From: Phoronis australis | Taxonomy: Eukaryota > Animalia > Phoronida | Length of the DNA stretch: 64,000 nt | Direction: 5' to 3' | NCBI GenBank assembly: GCA_002633005.1 | Contig: NMRA01000232.1 | Span: 84,826-148,825 of the forward strand | Part shown: positions 27,101 through 39,100 of the stretch, piece by piece | Layout of the letters: each line of letters starts with the position of its first letter | How positions within the stretch are numbered: the stretch's first letter is position 1 | Translations under genes and position numbers: made by a program | The notes under the pieces: generated by a model | The model's database searches: none | The model's input: the letters and a program-made list of their open reading frames with translations, nothing else | Told to the model about the DNA's origin: nothing

Positions 27101-30100
27101 AAAATTTATAACTGTTTTCGAATCATAATTTGTCGCATCTCGGACTGGATGCCGCCATCAACGAGAACCGGATAATCTTCGGCCAGCCAGGCTGTATTTT
27201 CATGACTATATGGGTTGAAGAGCGATGCATTTTTCTTTACAAAAAGGACAGGGCCCTCAATCCCTCAATTTTGGGGCCAAATATCGGCTCTATTCCCCTC
27301 TCAAAAATATTGAAAAATCACGCGAAATTTCCGGCCACGAGGCCTAAAAATCCCCTTTGTGATTGAAAATTTCGCTCCAACGGTTCAAATCACCTGTGAT
27401 CACAGAGGTGACAATTTGAAAAAGTAAAAAATCATAGACGGATTTAGGGGGGCGGGGGGCAGGGGCGCGGCCCCCCCTTGACTGCCGCAAGCAAAATAAA
27501 CCAGCAAAACGTGAAGCGGGAGCCGTGAGGAGACTTGTACTGAGTTCGAGCTAGGACCGGTAGCGGACAAGAGGGGGAAACACGTTCCGTTTTATTTTTT
27601 TAGTCCAACGACAGATTTCCTGAGCAGAAAGTATACATCCTCGGCGCCCGCAACTTCCGGGCCGCCTGCGTGCATACTGACAATCGCGCTTTGCCCGCTT
27701 GTCCGAGGATGTCGGGCCCCGGCTCCCTCACTAGGCTTATATGGTATCCTAGATCAGCCACTGAAAATGCTACTTGAGACAGAGCTATTAGAGCTTGCAA
27801 AAGGACGGGGTGCTATTGATGGTGATCGGTAGGTCAGTAGAGTTTTCACTGACCGGTCACTCGGTGAACAAACGTTCCCTTCTCAGAGGGCCGCACACAC
27901 ATGAGGCACCTTTCCCATCGGATATGAACGAGGCCTCTGAAGAAACATGATAACTATGCTTGTTCCAGGGGGATCCAGGACTTTGAGTTGGGGGGGGGGN
28001 NNNNNNNNNNNNNNNNNNNNNNNNNGGGGGGGGGGGCTGGGGCATAGCCCCTTGGCTCCCCTCTAAATCCACCACTGTGTTCTATCCAGTTAACTCAAAT
28101 TGAGCTCTAAAACGAGGTTATGCTTTGGACGAAAGAATTACATAGGTGTTTTAATTTTAAAATTCAACTTGGTCGAGATTGATATTTGAAAAATATAACA
28201 CATGGAATAGACGTAATTATTAAAACCAAGAAAGCTGAATTGGTGGTCATATAATTTTTATTTTCAATTGCGAGCCTAGTTTTTTATCGTAATCAAAATA
28301 TATATTTAATAACATCAAGTATTATTTCAGATCAATGACAACTCAACTGTTAGTCCCGGTAGTGCCTACCTCACCAGGACCTAGGCTATGCTTGAATCTA
28401 CTGTAATAGGCCTACTCTTGATCAACAAATTAAACCAGATGAGACTAATTGCACATGACAGCAAAATGCTATGAGCCACCACTGTCGAATATGTCTTCAA
28501 CTCGTCAACAATAGGACCAGATGACCTGGTTCGTGTAGAAAGCATTTTTATCAAAAATTTATTGGATGAAACGTAACCCTGCATTCAGCATGATACCTAA
28601 TCCGTAACACTACGATCGCAGCAATTTGGTCATGTTTACTTTTCATGTTTCGAACCTAGTTTTCCTGAAAAAACCTATATCCTTTCGTCAGACAACTCTT
28701 TGGTGCATTGACTTGTTCTTTAACTGTATATTTCTACGTCTCTGGGGTTAATTATTGACATTTTTAAGATTTAATATTCAGGTTGGTCTCCAAAGACCGG
28801 CCATTTAACTCACGCAATGTAAATTTCCGCTTTGTTTATCGCAGTGGGCCTCGCTTTGGATTTTAATGTCCGCCGCGTGAATAGAGTCTATAGCAAGAAC
28901 ATACATGCCAATTTTCACAATAATGCTTAGAGCGGTTTGGTTGACATAGGGGTGCACGTAAAAAAAGACTCGAAAACAGTAAAATTGGCCACTAGGTGGC
29001 GCAAACTATGTCGAATCCATCCGAAAACGGGAGGATACTGGCACTAATAGATACCTATATCCCAAATTTTATGAAAATACGTTGAGGACCTTTAAAGATA
29101 CATAGGTAAACGTAAAAAACTAATATGGCCACTAAGGGGCACACCGGTAGACGGATCCGTCTGAAAGTTCACTCATGCCGTCCCATCCAAGCAAGGAACA
29201 CATGTGCAAAATTTCATGAACATACGTTAATCGGTTTTGGAGATGGAGCAGCGGACGCCGGACACCGGACGGACGCCGCCCGGACGGACGGACGGACGGA
29301 CCGGGACGGACGGACACAGATGACAGCATAATGCGTCCACATATAAATATGTGGGCGCATAAAAACGGAAAATCACATTCTGGCATATTCAGGATGCCAT
29401 TTTCCATAAAAAAAGAATCCGTCGCTTTTGATTTGACAAGGATGAGAAAGAGAATTATGCGTCGAACCAGGAAGTCACTGTAATGACTCCCTGGTCGACC
29501 TGTTATGAACACCAGTATTTACAGTGTTCAAAGACCAGAAATCACGTTTCAGACATACTGCACGTTCCCTCGCTCTCTGTCCAACCCTTCCTCCTTTCCT
29601 CTCTCCCTCAATCCCCCCTCCCTCTCTCCCTCAATCCCCCATCCCTCTTTCCCTCCCTTCCCTCTCATCACGTGCACTGTTTAAGAACGCCCCCTACCGT
29701 GAATACGCTGCCGAGCCATTTCTTGAACATTTCAGCCTCAGCGTGAAGTTCGTCTCCGGTAGCTAGTGGCAATATCTGCTGAGCATTTACAGCTTTGAAT
29801 GTTTTGTCCACGTTTTTGCCAAACTTGCAAAAGTTTAGGTAAGCACTTGATCCCAAGGCAAAGATGGCATACTTGGTCTTTGGAAGACGCTTACTGAAAA
29901 AGAGGCGCATTAAATTGATAAATTGCAATTAAAAGAAATCTAAAACACAACAGGCGTGAGTTGAATTTTAGTTGAACTCAGGTCGAGACTAGACGTCCAC
30001 GTTGCACGCGTAAGGTAGAAGACTGGACACAATTCCATACATTTCAGAATTGATGCTCCCATAACATTAACCACTACGTATATGTGTTTATACCCTCATA

Positions 30101-33100
30101 ATTCGTATATTGACGTGTTGTAAAGTGCCAGCTTATATTATCCCACAGTGGTGAACTTGTGTTCCTTTACAAATGAACCAACAGGATTAGATTTTTATAT
30201 AGTGGTAATAACTTTATTACTTCAGCCGATCAATCGATAATTTAATGGGAGTACAAAATCGAATTTAACAGCCCCATATAAAATGAATTCGTATTGGAAA
30301 AGGCGATGGGGCATAAATTCCGGAATATATGGGGCATCAAAATTCTAGAACTATGTCCACTCCGACCTACCATACTCCAGCACTGCTAAAAAAGCTCTGC
30401 GATTTACATACCCTTCCTTGGCAAGCTCCTGAATGTCAGAGTAAAATTTGGCGCCGTTGGTGGGCGGGTCACCGTTACCAAACGTACTGGCGATGATAAG
30501 AACGAGTCCCTCCTCTGGCAAATTGGACACGTCGTAGTCGTCCATACATTTCACCTGAATGTGTGTGAAAACTTTAGAGTAGTAATTTTAGCCAATTTGT
30601 ATGAGTGCGACATCAGTTTATTCATTTTAATAAAAGTAACAATAAGGGGACCATGGGGGGGAATCGCCACGTACAAAGAATGCAGTACAGTGTAGGCCTA
30701 CATGTATGTTAAGGCATTGAAGTAACATCTATGGGCTCCATTCCGACCATAATATAACCATAGAAAAGCAAGAGGCCTTGTTCAGGGAGTGGCAACGATT
30801 CCTTTAACCACAATACCGGATCAGCAAACACGATATTCGCGGTACAAATCCCATGGCATACCCGCCCCCTTAAGCTCCAAACACAAGGTGACTAAACTCT
30901 AGTCCAGTTGACCAATTCGATGAAACCAAATTACCAATGGATTAAAACAGGATTGGAAAACGTTGCCTGTCTGTCGAGCGTAGCGCTCAGATTTTCCTGT
31001 CTCAGTCGCGTACAGAACAAGAACTCTTGGTTGGTTTGTCCGTAGTTTTACCGTCAAGGATGAACAGAACAAGACGACACTAAAAATGCAAAAAAGAACC
31101 GTATTCCAGAAACACATAGTACCAGTATTGTTATTGTCACGGTAGTTCATACGATCGTATGGCATTTGATCATCCATATTATTCATATACAAAAGAGGGC
31201 GCTGCATCAGTTAAATAGCTACAAACTGACGCTTAAACAAATTTCAACGGGCCATCTACAATAATGACTGAAAAGAATTCATAGAAAGCCTAATACCAAT
31301 CACATTTATAGACTTTAGTTCACTCAGAATAATAGAACCGTTTGTAAACTCAGAAACTCTTCCCTGGAGTTTGGCGTTAATTTTACTTGGTTATCACGCT
31401 CCACGTCAAAAGAGAATAATGAGCTTGTTCAAAGTTTCATCTACACAAAATTGATTAATGTCAATCACAAAATTTATCAACATCAAATAGTTAAAAGAAA
31501 ATTGGTATGTTAACGTACGAAGCTGCACTTTTGAATGAATGGAGTTTTCGCGAACCAGTGGCCATCTTGAATTTCATCTCCATGTGGCAGCTATTCCATA
31601 CGTGTGTCAGCCAAGCGTCGCTGATGTATTCGTACGACGGACGCAGATGGTAATTCAACATCTCCTGGTGCCAGACTTTACATAAGCTGCCACCTATCGG
31701 CGGCACCACCCATACCCAGTCGGCGGGACATCCCCTGCGCAACTTCTGCTCGTTAGTCATGTGAGCCATGAACGAATCAGAAGCAGAATGATGATCAATA
31801 ACTGTGGCACCAGCTTCCTGTAAAATATTTTGATTGACGTTTTTAACCGATCCCATAGTCGCTCCAAGGGACCTCTTCTAACTAATAAAGCCAGCCATGT
31901 TCATCAGTTCCAAAACACAATTGCTCAATTTTTAGTAACTGAAAAAGTTGCATGTGTCAAACGCCGAGGGAAAGATTTTTTTGGTAAACGAAAAGAGCCA
32001 TTGGTGCGAATTCACCCAGATCGATGTTCAATGAAAAACATTACGTTTCACACATACGAAAACACCCTTTTATAAAAGGGCGTCAGCCGAAAATTTAAGC
32101 AACACCAAGTCCATGTCACACACATGATTTACTAAATTCAACGAAATTAGAACACAAACCTTGTAACTGTATAGTATAGCTTTGTTGACCTCCACAAAGG
32201 CTTCGTCTTTCCATAGTGAGTAGTTAGACCTAGTGTCTAAACCCATCATTTTGGCAATAGTCTGTGAATAAATGAACGGCAGTCACAGGCCTCGCATAGT
32301 TACTGTTTCGACGGTCTCACAAGAGCAAAGCCAATTTGGCGTTATTCATTCACAAGCATTACTACAGAAACAGCTTTTCACGATGTTTTTTCAGTAACAT
32401 TTCACAGAAAATGTTACTATGTAGAGTCCCATTGTCTAAATAGACCCTACGAAAGTAAAGTAAAGTTGCAGTGCCTGAATATTCTTAGGTAATTCTGGTC
32501 TTTACCCTGACTCACTGCGACCTGCGCTGATACGCCGTAAAATGTAAAGTTATGTCATTGTTACATTTTACGTTGCTACATTTTATGTAATTGTTACAAT
32601 TTATGTCGAATGCACCTGCGAGAAATTTATCATTGTTACATTTTACGAAAGCGACATCATATTTCATGAGTTTGTATGGTATTTGTCACACGGAGGAAAA
32701 CCGTTGACACACTAAACGCCTTCTTTCTCGGATAGTGTGAATGAAATTCTATCAAATGAGCCAGGTCGACTTGATAGATGTGTCCCTATGCACTTTCCAT
32801 GTTTTTTAACATGAGTAGTTTTATAGTATTGTCAAAAATGTTCAGAGAACAGTTTCAACTCCACACGAAAGGAGTTTTACAGGATCAGGTACCAAGTTTT
32901 TTATTGTTAAAGCGTTCTTGCAAATCTTTTGTTGGCGCTCATAAACCAACTGTGTATCCCACATCAGTAAACACGCTTCCCTTGGTATGAAAAATAATGA
33001 CATCATATTTGGTTAGTATTTATCGTATTTCTTCGGGAACGAACGACAAAAACATTTTTTTTCATGGAGAATTCAATTTCGGAAGCCAATTTGATAGACA

Positions 33101-36100
33101 ATTGACCAGTTTTAGTCCACGATAGTTTATTTCGGCCATTGTTTTAATTGCCACAATGACTTTCTAAAACCGCTCTGAGGAGGTGGCTTATTACAACTAT
33201 TATTAAAATCTCTTGGTCTATTTACACCGACCTCTAGTCTATTTACACTGTCACGACGCTTTGGTCGGTCTATTCTCCGGCCATCGTCAGGTGTTCCTGC
33301 GTTCTTAGAAGAACGAGCACTGATATGTGGTACACTCATGGTGTGTGTGATTTTTTTGTCCTAGGCAGGATTTGAACCCACGCCTTCTAAAACTACTGAT
33401 AATTCGAGTCCAGCACCTTAACCACTCTCCGTAGTGTAGTAACAGTTGTTACATTTTACGGCGTATCACTGCGCTCACCGACAAAAAATCATCGACCCTC
33501 ATCAACTCCAACCAAGGTCTCGTGTTTATGTTTTTCTGAAAATCTGCACAAATGCACACAGCTAAGGGTGAATGAAGCTTGAAACGCCGTGATTTACCAA
33601 GCGATGACTAAGAAAAGACAGATCCCGTTTTAGTTTGGCTCTTCTCCGGTGGCTATTCTAAGAAAATTGGGCATCAAAAAGATCGCATCACTGATTGGAT
33701 TTTCAAAATAACATGGACCGGAACCAACTGTTTTTACCTCATCACGACTTCGATCCCATTCACATATTACAACAGCTCATTCATTTATGTCTAGCAGTAG
33801 TTTTTTCGAATTGTACTTTTATGGTGGGTGACAAGACTAGGTGATCCGGTAAGCTATTTACACGCTGGTAGTCCAGTGTTAGGAAAAAGGTCTTGGGTTG
33901 ACGAAGAGACCGCGTTTTGGTAAGTCACAAGCGCTGTCACCCACATATGTTCTACATGCCGTGCTTAATTGTTAATTTACATTTGACACTATCGATTAAA
34001 ACAAATAACACAATGTAAAAAATGTGGAGTTTGATGAGGGTTAACTTCGTTCACTTTGCGTTTGCTAATCCTATCCCGACGTGTAACCATGCAGCTGACC
34101 GTGAAGTCTGCTACAATTTTTATCGGGAACAGGAATTTGTAAGTGCGCCAAACGCTTTTGTTTGCAGCCAATGTTAGTGGAACAAAGATGGGGGATTATA
34201 GGGGCCTTTACATGTTTCCACGACTTGAGTAGTTGGAATTATAATTAGCATGATTGGCAAGTCCGAACTATCCAGTAAGTGTAAGCATAAATTGTATTCA
34301 TTCTGATAAATCTTTGACATCACAAGCACGCGGGAGTTCATTTACTAGCCATCACTAACGTGCATTGTCTTTGCAGTCACCAGACGGTGAGATTGTCTCA
34401 CCTAGAACTGTCAAACAACATGTAACTCGACTACATATCTTGAATCAGCTCGAAAACAGTTCGGTGAAAAGATAATTTGCGAGAAAGGGAAAATGAAGGA
34501 ATGAAGCCTAGATATCATTAAAAGCAGAAGATAATGTCGTGCTTTGTTCGTCTGAAATGCTGCATGTGGAGACATTTTGACAGAAAATATCAGGTGTGTG
34601 CTAGGGAGGGTCATTGGCGGATTTTCTTAAACTTATATAAATATGAACACGGATACCTGAGATCGTCAGGTCGGATCATTTTATTTATCTTATTCTAACA
34701 AACATGAGGTTGTCTCTAAGCATTATTCTATTTTTGCCTTATCCTATTTGCTTTGAATAATTGATTTATAGACTTACTGGCAAGATGTTGTACCGGTTCG
34801 AATCACAAAAGTTTCTAGCTATTTCCGTCTGCATGTACCAACCGTTGAAAGGAGCCGCGGGAAACTGTATTCCTCCAACGTCGAGCATCATACAGGATAT
34901 GGCCGGGACAGTGTACCACTTATACCCCAACCCGGCGAACCATTTGAACCTAAAATGCAATTGAAGAACAATGACTGGAAGAGGAAATGAGATGAAATAA
35001 AATAAACCCAAAACACCAATTTATTTATTTATTTACTATGTCCCTTATAACACGCAAAAGTGATTCAATCACCATTAACCACAATCAAGTTTCCAGTCAA
35101 ATGATTAAGGCTGCGGTGAACCTGGCAACATTTTCGCAGACACCAAGCCACGAGCCTCTTCCAAGCACACTTGCTCACGAAAACAACAATATTGTGGAAT
35201 GCTAATTAATTTTAATATTTTCAGATATGCAATATTGTTCGAGTACAAAATTCTTTTTAATTTGTTAATCTGGCTTTAATATTCATGTTTGCTAAATTTG
35301 TGTGTGTTTGTGTGTTTGACATGGCCTCGATAAGCGTCTAATGTGCTTGTTTCATTACTTGTACCCCTAAATTAGGTCATGGTTATACAAACATATAAAT
35401 AAAATAAAATAGTCAAATAATGTCATGCGACATCATATAGTACGCGTCAATCTGTCGTGGTTTAGGTCCCCACGTTGCATCATGCTTGCATGGCTTCAAG
35501 TCAAAGTTAATTTGGGAATACACTTGATGCTTGACAGGCTGCGCCATTCATTGTTTTAGCAAGACACGCTGCGAGAGTGAAATGCTTTTACGATGAACGT
35601 CATCCAACGGAGAGATCAGCGCATGCCCAATTAGACCGATGAAAGAATGCAATAGATAACAAATGAACTTGTATTATTTTGATTGGTATACTCTTACTTA
35701 GGATGCTTCATTGGTACTTCGCCGATTAAGTGTTTGGGAATTTCAAACCACTTGGGGTCTTCGCCGCTAGCTTGTATGACAAGAGGGAGTACATCGAATT
35801 GTCCCCCTTTACCCTTCCAACCCAGCGTTTCGCACACCTGAAAATTCAAATGGTGAGTATTGAGGTATTCAGCCCTGGACGATAAAAAAGTCCGGCTTGT
35901 TGAGATTGAATACTGAAACACGTCGATGTTTGATAAATACATTGTGATGTTTTCTAAACGAGCCATAGATTAGCGCTAAGGCGAAACCTGAATTCCCATG
36001 AGACATCGACTTTTTACCAGTGTTTATATTCTTGCAAACTATGAGAAAAATCGTCACAATTGAGATCAACTGACACCCTTCTCGGTTTTTCAATTTCCAT

Positions 36101-39100
36101 ATCATTTTGTATGGGGGCGGGGCGTAACAGAGGAGGCTGATGAGAAAAATAATTGTCGGTTTGACCTTGTTTTGCCCGCTTTACCCCTTCCCTGTGAATC
36201 CGGCACTGGTTACGTGACATACACCGTTCACTACAATGATTCTTACGTGCTCGAATAAGATTTTTGTTTCTGTGCATCCATTAGCTGGGGCGTTTTTCTT
36301 TTTCACAACTTATTATTCCAGGAAACGAAAAACAACAGCATGTAATCAAAAACTAAACAAAGGTAGTTATTTTTCTATACGATGCGCTAGCCAGGTTTGC
36401 ACAAAACAACAAAAATTACCCACTTGATGAGTTTGGTCATTAATATGTGTTATTGAAGAATACCGAGCGTTCGATAGTGTGACCTCATCGTCCATATCAA
36501 ACGAAGGTGGATAACTTTGAACCAACCGGGGCTGAGTTGCGTACTGAAACGCAAGAATCTCTAGAAGCATGCTAGTGTGATTACGTTCTTCACTTGTAAT
36601 ACATAGCGAAAACTCGCGAAGTGTTGGGTATAATCTGCATTTTCGCGAGATTTTCACGTCTACGGAATGAGAGCGAGAAAATGTGATAACTGGAACTAGT
36701 TATGCATTCCATCTTTCACTGTCCAGTGATGTTTTATCATACAGACAGAGAGATCAACCAATTGTAAAACTTCATACACCTAGATAAGCCCACCTTGGTA
36801 AACTCCACTTCGGCCGGATCTCCCATCACACTCCCATCCGGCTGCCTGTAACCAGCATAGCGGATCAATTGGTGGTTCCATACCCGAATGTCCTTTTCCG
36901 GTGATCCCACACGTTGTTTGAAAACAGTTATGGTAGACCTAGACGTTACAGAAATAAGCCAAAACTAAACATTTTCGAAAAGCACTTTTATGAAACTTGT
37001 TTATACGGTATGCTAGAACTTACTGAGAAAAGTCGGTGTCGACCACTAGCACAGTCCCACATGTTTTCAACACATCTTAGCCTTACATTGTTCAATATAA
37101 CAAACCCAATACAACATCTTAAACACAAATAACAAAAGGAATTTTGTTTATGTGACAAAGCTACAAATTTCAGAAAAAAAGTTAGCCCAGATTTCCCATT
37201 TCACATTAGCGATACATTTTGCAGTAACACACGAGTCCCCGGTTTCGTCCACCAGCTTGAATATGTATCAAGCGTTTCCCCTATAGTGTGAGTGGATGTG
37301 AGAGCAACTGCTGCCTATCTTCTGAAGGATGATAGTTGGATCATCAAAACGTTGCTATTTTGTTATTCCCAAAATACTCAGCATAATCACAAAACCTCTT
37401 TTCTTTCTCAGAACCACATGTGCTCGATTTCGGGGCACATCAATGCCGATGATTTTAGTAGGCCTACTACTCCGGCTAGCCAGGTTTTCACAGTCAACCG
37501 CAGACTGTCAGAGGTCATACTGTCAATTAGCCCTCGATACAAAAAAGTCTTCACGTAATTGCAATCAATGCCTTACTCCCATTACAAGTGCAAATTGTTG
37601 CTATATGCGATCACGCCGGCATCGGCTGAACAGCGAATTCAAGAGGCTGGGGGATAAAACTACTAGACTTCATGAATAATCTGTACACTTTTGTACGGTC
37701 CAAACAACGCCGCAATTTTCACGGACTTCTGGCATAAATTTACTATCAAGGTATGTATTCCCATAGAGCACAATGTAAAACTCGTCGCTACTACCTAGTT
37801 ATCCACTACGCTACTGCGCAGGCGCATGCTCAACTAGTATATCCAGATTTTCTAAAAATGTTAAGTTCGTAAAACCGGAGTTTACCACACTGGTTGACGT
37901 TACAATTTTGCATGTTTTTGGTTTCGGGTTTGTGTATCAAAATTTGTGTTACATGCAGTCTTCAAATACATTCTATGTCGGGCTAATAACCTCCATTTTG
38001 AGAGTAACACTAGACTTGCCGTATGACTGAAGTTCATAATTGCAACGTCTCCGAGTGTAAGTCTGAGGTTACGAAAATACCCGATTTTTTTCCGTATGAC
38101 GCTACCAAAGCCAACATGCGAGGTGTTTCCCTACGGACATAAATGCACACATGCTGACAAAGATAGTCCCAAACTCGGCCTACTGACAACATGCGCCGAC
38201 AGTGGTGCTCTCATGTGGTGAGGGTGTGGGTACGCTAACGTCAGGTTTTGAGCAAAAAATTTACGCTAGGTTGCGATCTACTGTTCATGTAGCAAGTGCA
38301 ACGTGTGGCCACAAAATTCTCAAAGTACGACAAATTTAAGTGCTACCTAGTTGAATTAAAACTGGTGAAAGAGGAAGTTTTGTGAAGAGACTACGACAAG
38401 AACTGATATCGCCAGCGAAAACACGTCAGGAAAAACTTTAGTGGGGCATTGTGGAGGCCCAGTTGTCGCAAGGGTCCAAAGTTTCACAACGGCTGGATTG
38501 TTAATATTTAAATCACCATTCACAAACCAGCTTTTCATAATTTGTTGAAATGCGGTCCCAACGCTTTCACCTAACGTCACCTCTTCAGTATGTTTTGAGC
38601 AGTTTTTGTCAAAAACTAGTCACATCTTATCATATCCTGTAAAAAGACATTATTTTATGGTACTTCACTTCAGTCGGGTATTCGTTTTGTCTTCACGAAC
38701 TCATCAGACACCGACACCTTTGGCCAATTTTTCTAATGACTAGAACTTTTAATTAAAAACTGTTCTGAACATGGACAGCGTGTTCCACACGTCTTTTGAC
38801 TCTGCATAACTTTTACGTCAGATGAAGTCAAATTAACATACCATCGTATTCAAGCTTTTGAACATATGCTGTGTTTACAACTAGCTGCGCCTTTTTAAGT
38901 TTGCCTAAACAAATCTAACATACAGTAGTTTGCACGTTACCACACAGAGACTCAGAAATTGCGTCTATCATGATTCAATTATTCGTTACCTCAGGACTGT
39001 CATTTACAATCTACAACGCATACTATGTTCTCTGCAATCATGGTGAAACTTTTCAAGGAGAATGTCTTCCACTCGTAGTTCCTTACCTTATGTTTCCGTC

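Larger units (their letters stand above)
26895..28890. mobile_element. TAG...CTA TIR element carrying a THAP exon remnant, inserted in the HINE
   Basis: TIR TAGACCCTATTCACG / CGTGAATAGAGTCTA; host repeat resumes across it; CTPRCSNS*...[22 protein letters not shown] at about 26972-27090; homologous to 61102-63706. Confidence 0.72.
24247..29363 (+). mobile_element. Helentron/HINE (DINE-1-like) element(s) with internal tandem units of about 400 bp, hosting nested insertions
   Basis: Starts AACGAGAGCAACGC; repeated CCACTAG(G)AGGCGCCAC / GGCCACTAGGTGGCGCAA units; GGAC-rich microsatellite, then hairpin GCGT.CACATATAAATATGTGGGCGC-ATAA at about 26727 and again at about 29333. Confidence 0.7.

Noticed and set aside
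30371-30411. Alternative donor (gtaggt at 30370) that would extend exon 11
   Set aside because: It ends in phase 1, which is incompatible with the phase-2 acceptor of exon 12.
34778-34949. Horizontal transfer of NOS from bacteria, suggested by the Ile gate residue
   Set aside because: The gene has the animal zinc site, a fused reductase and exon sizes typical of animal NOS (163, 92, 140, 102, 145, 211, 88 nt).
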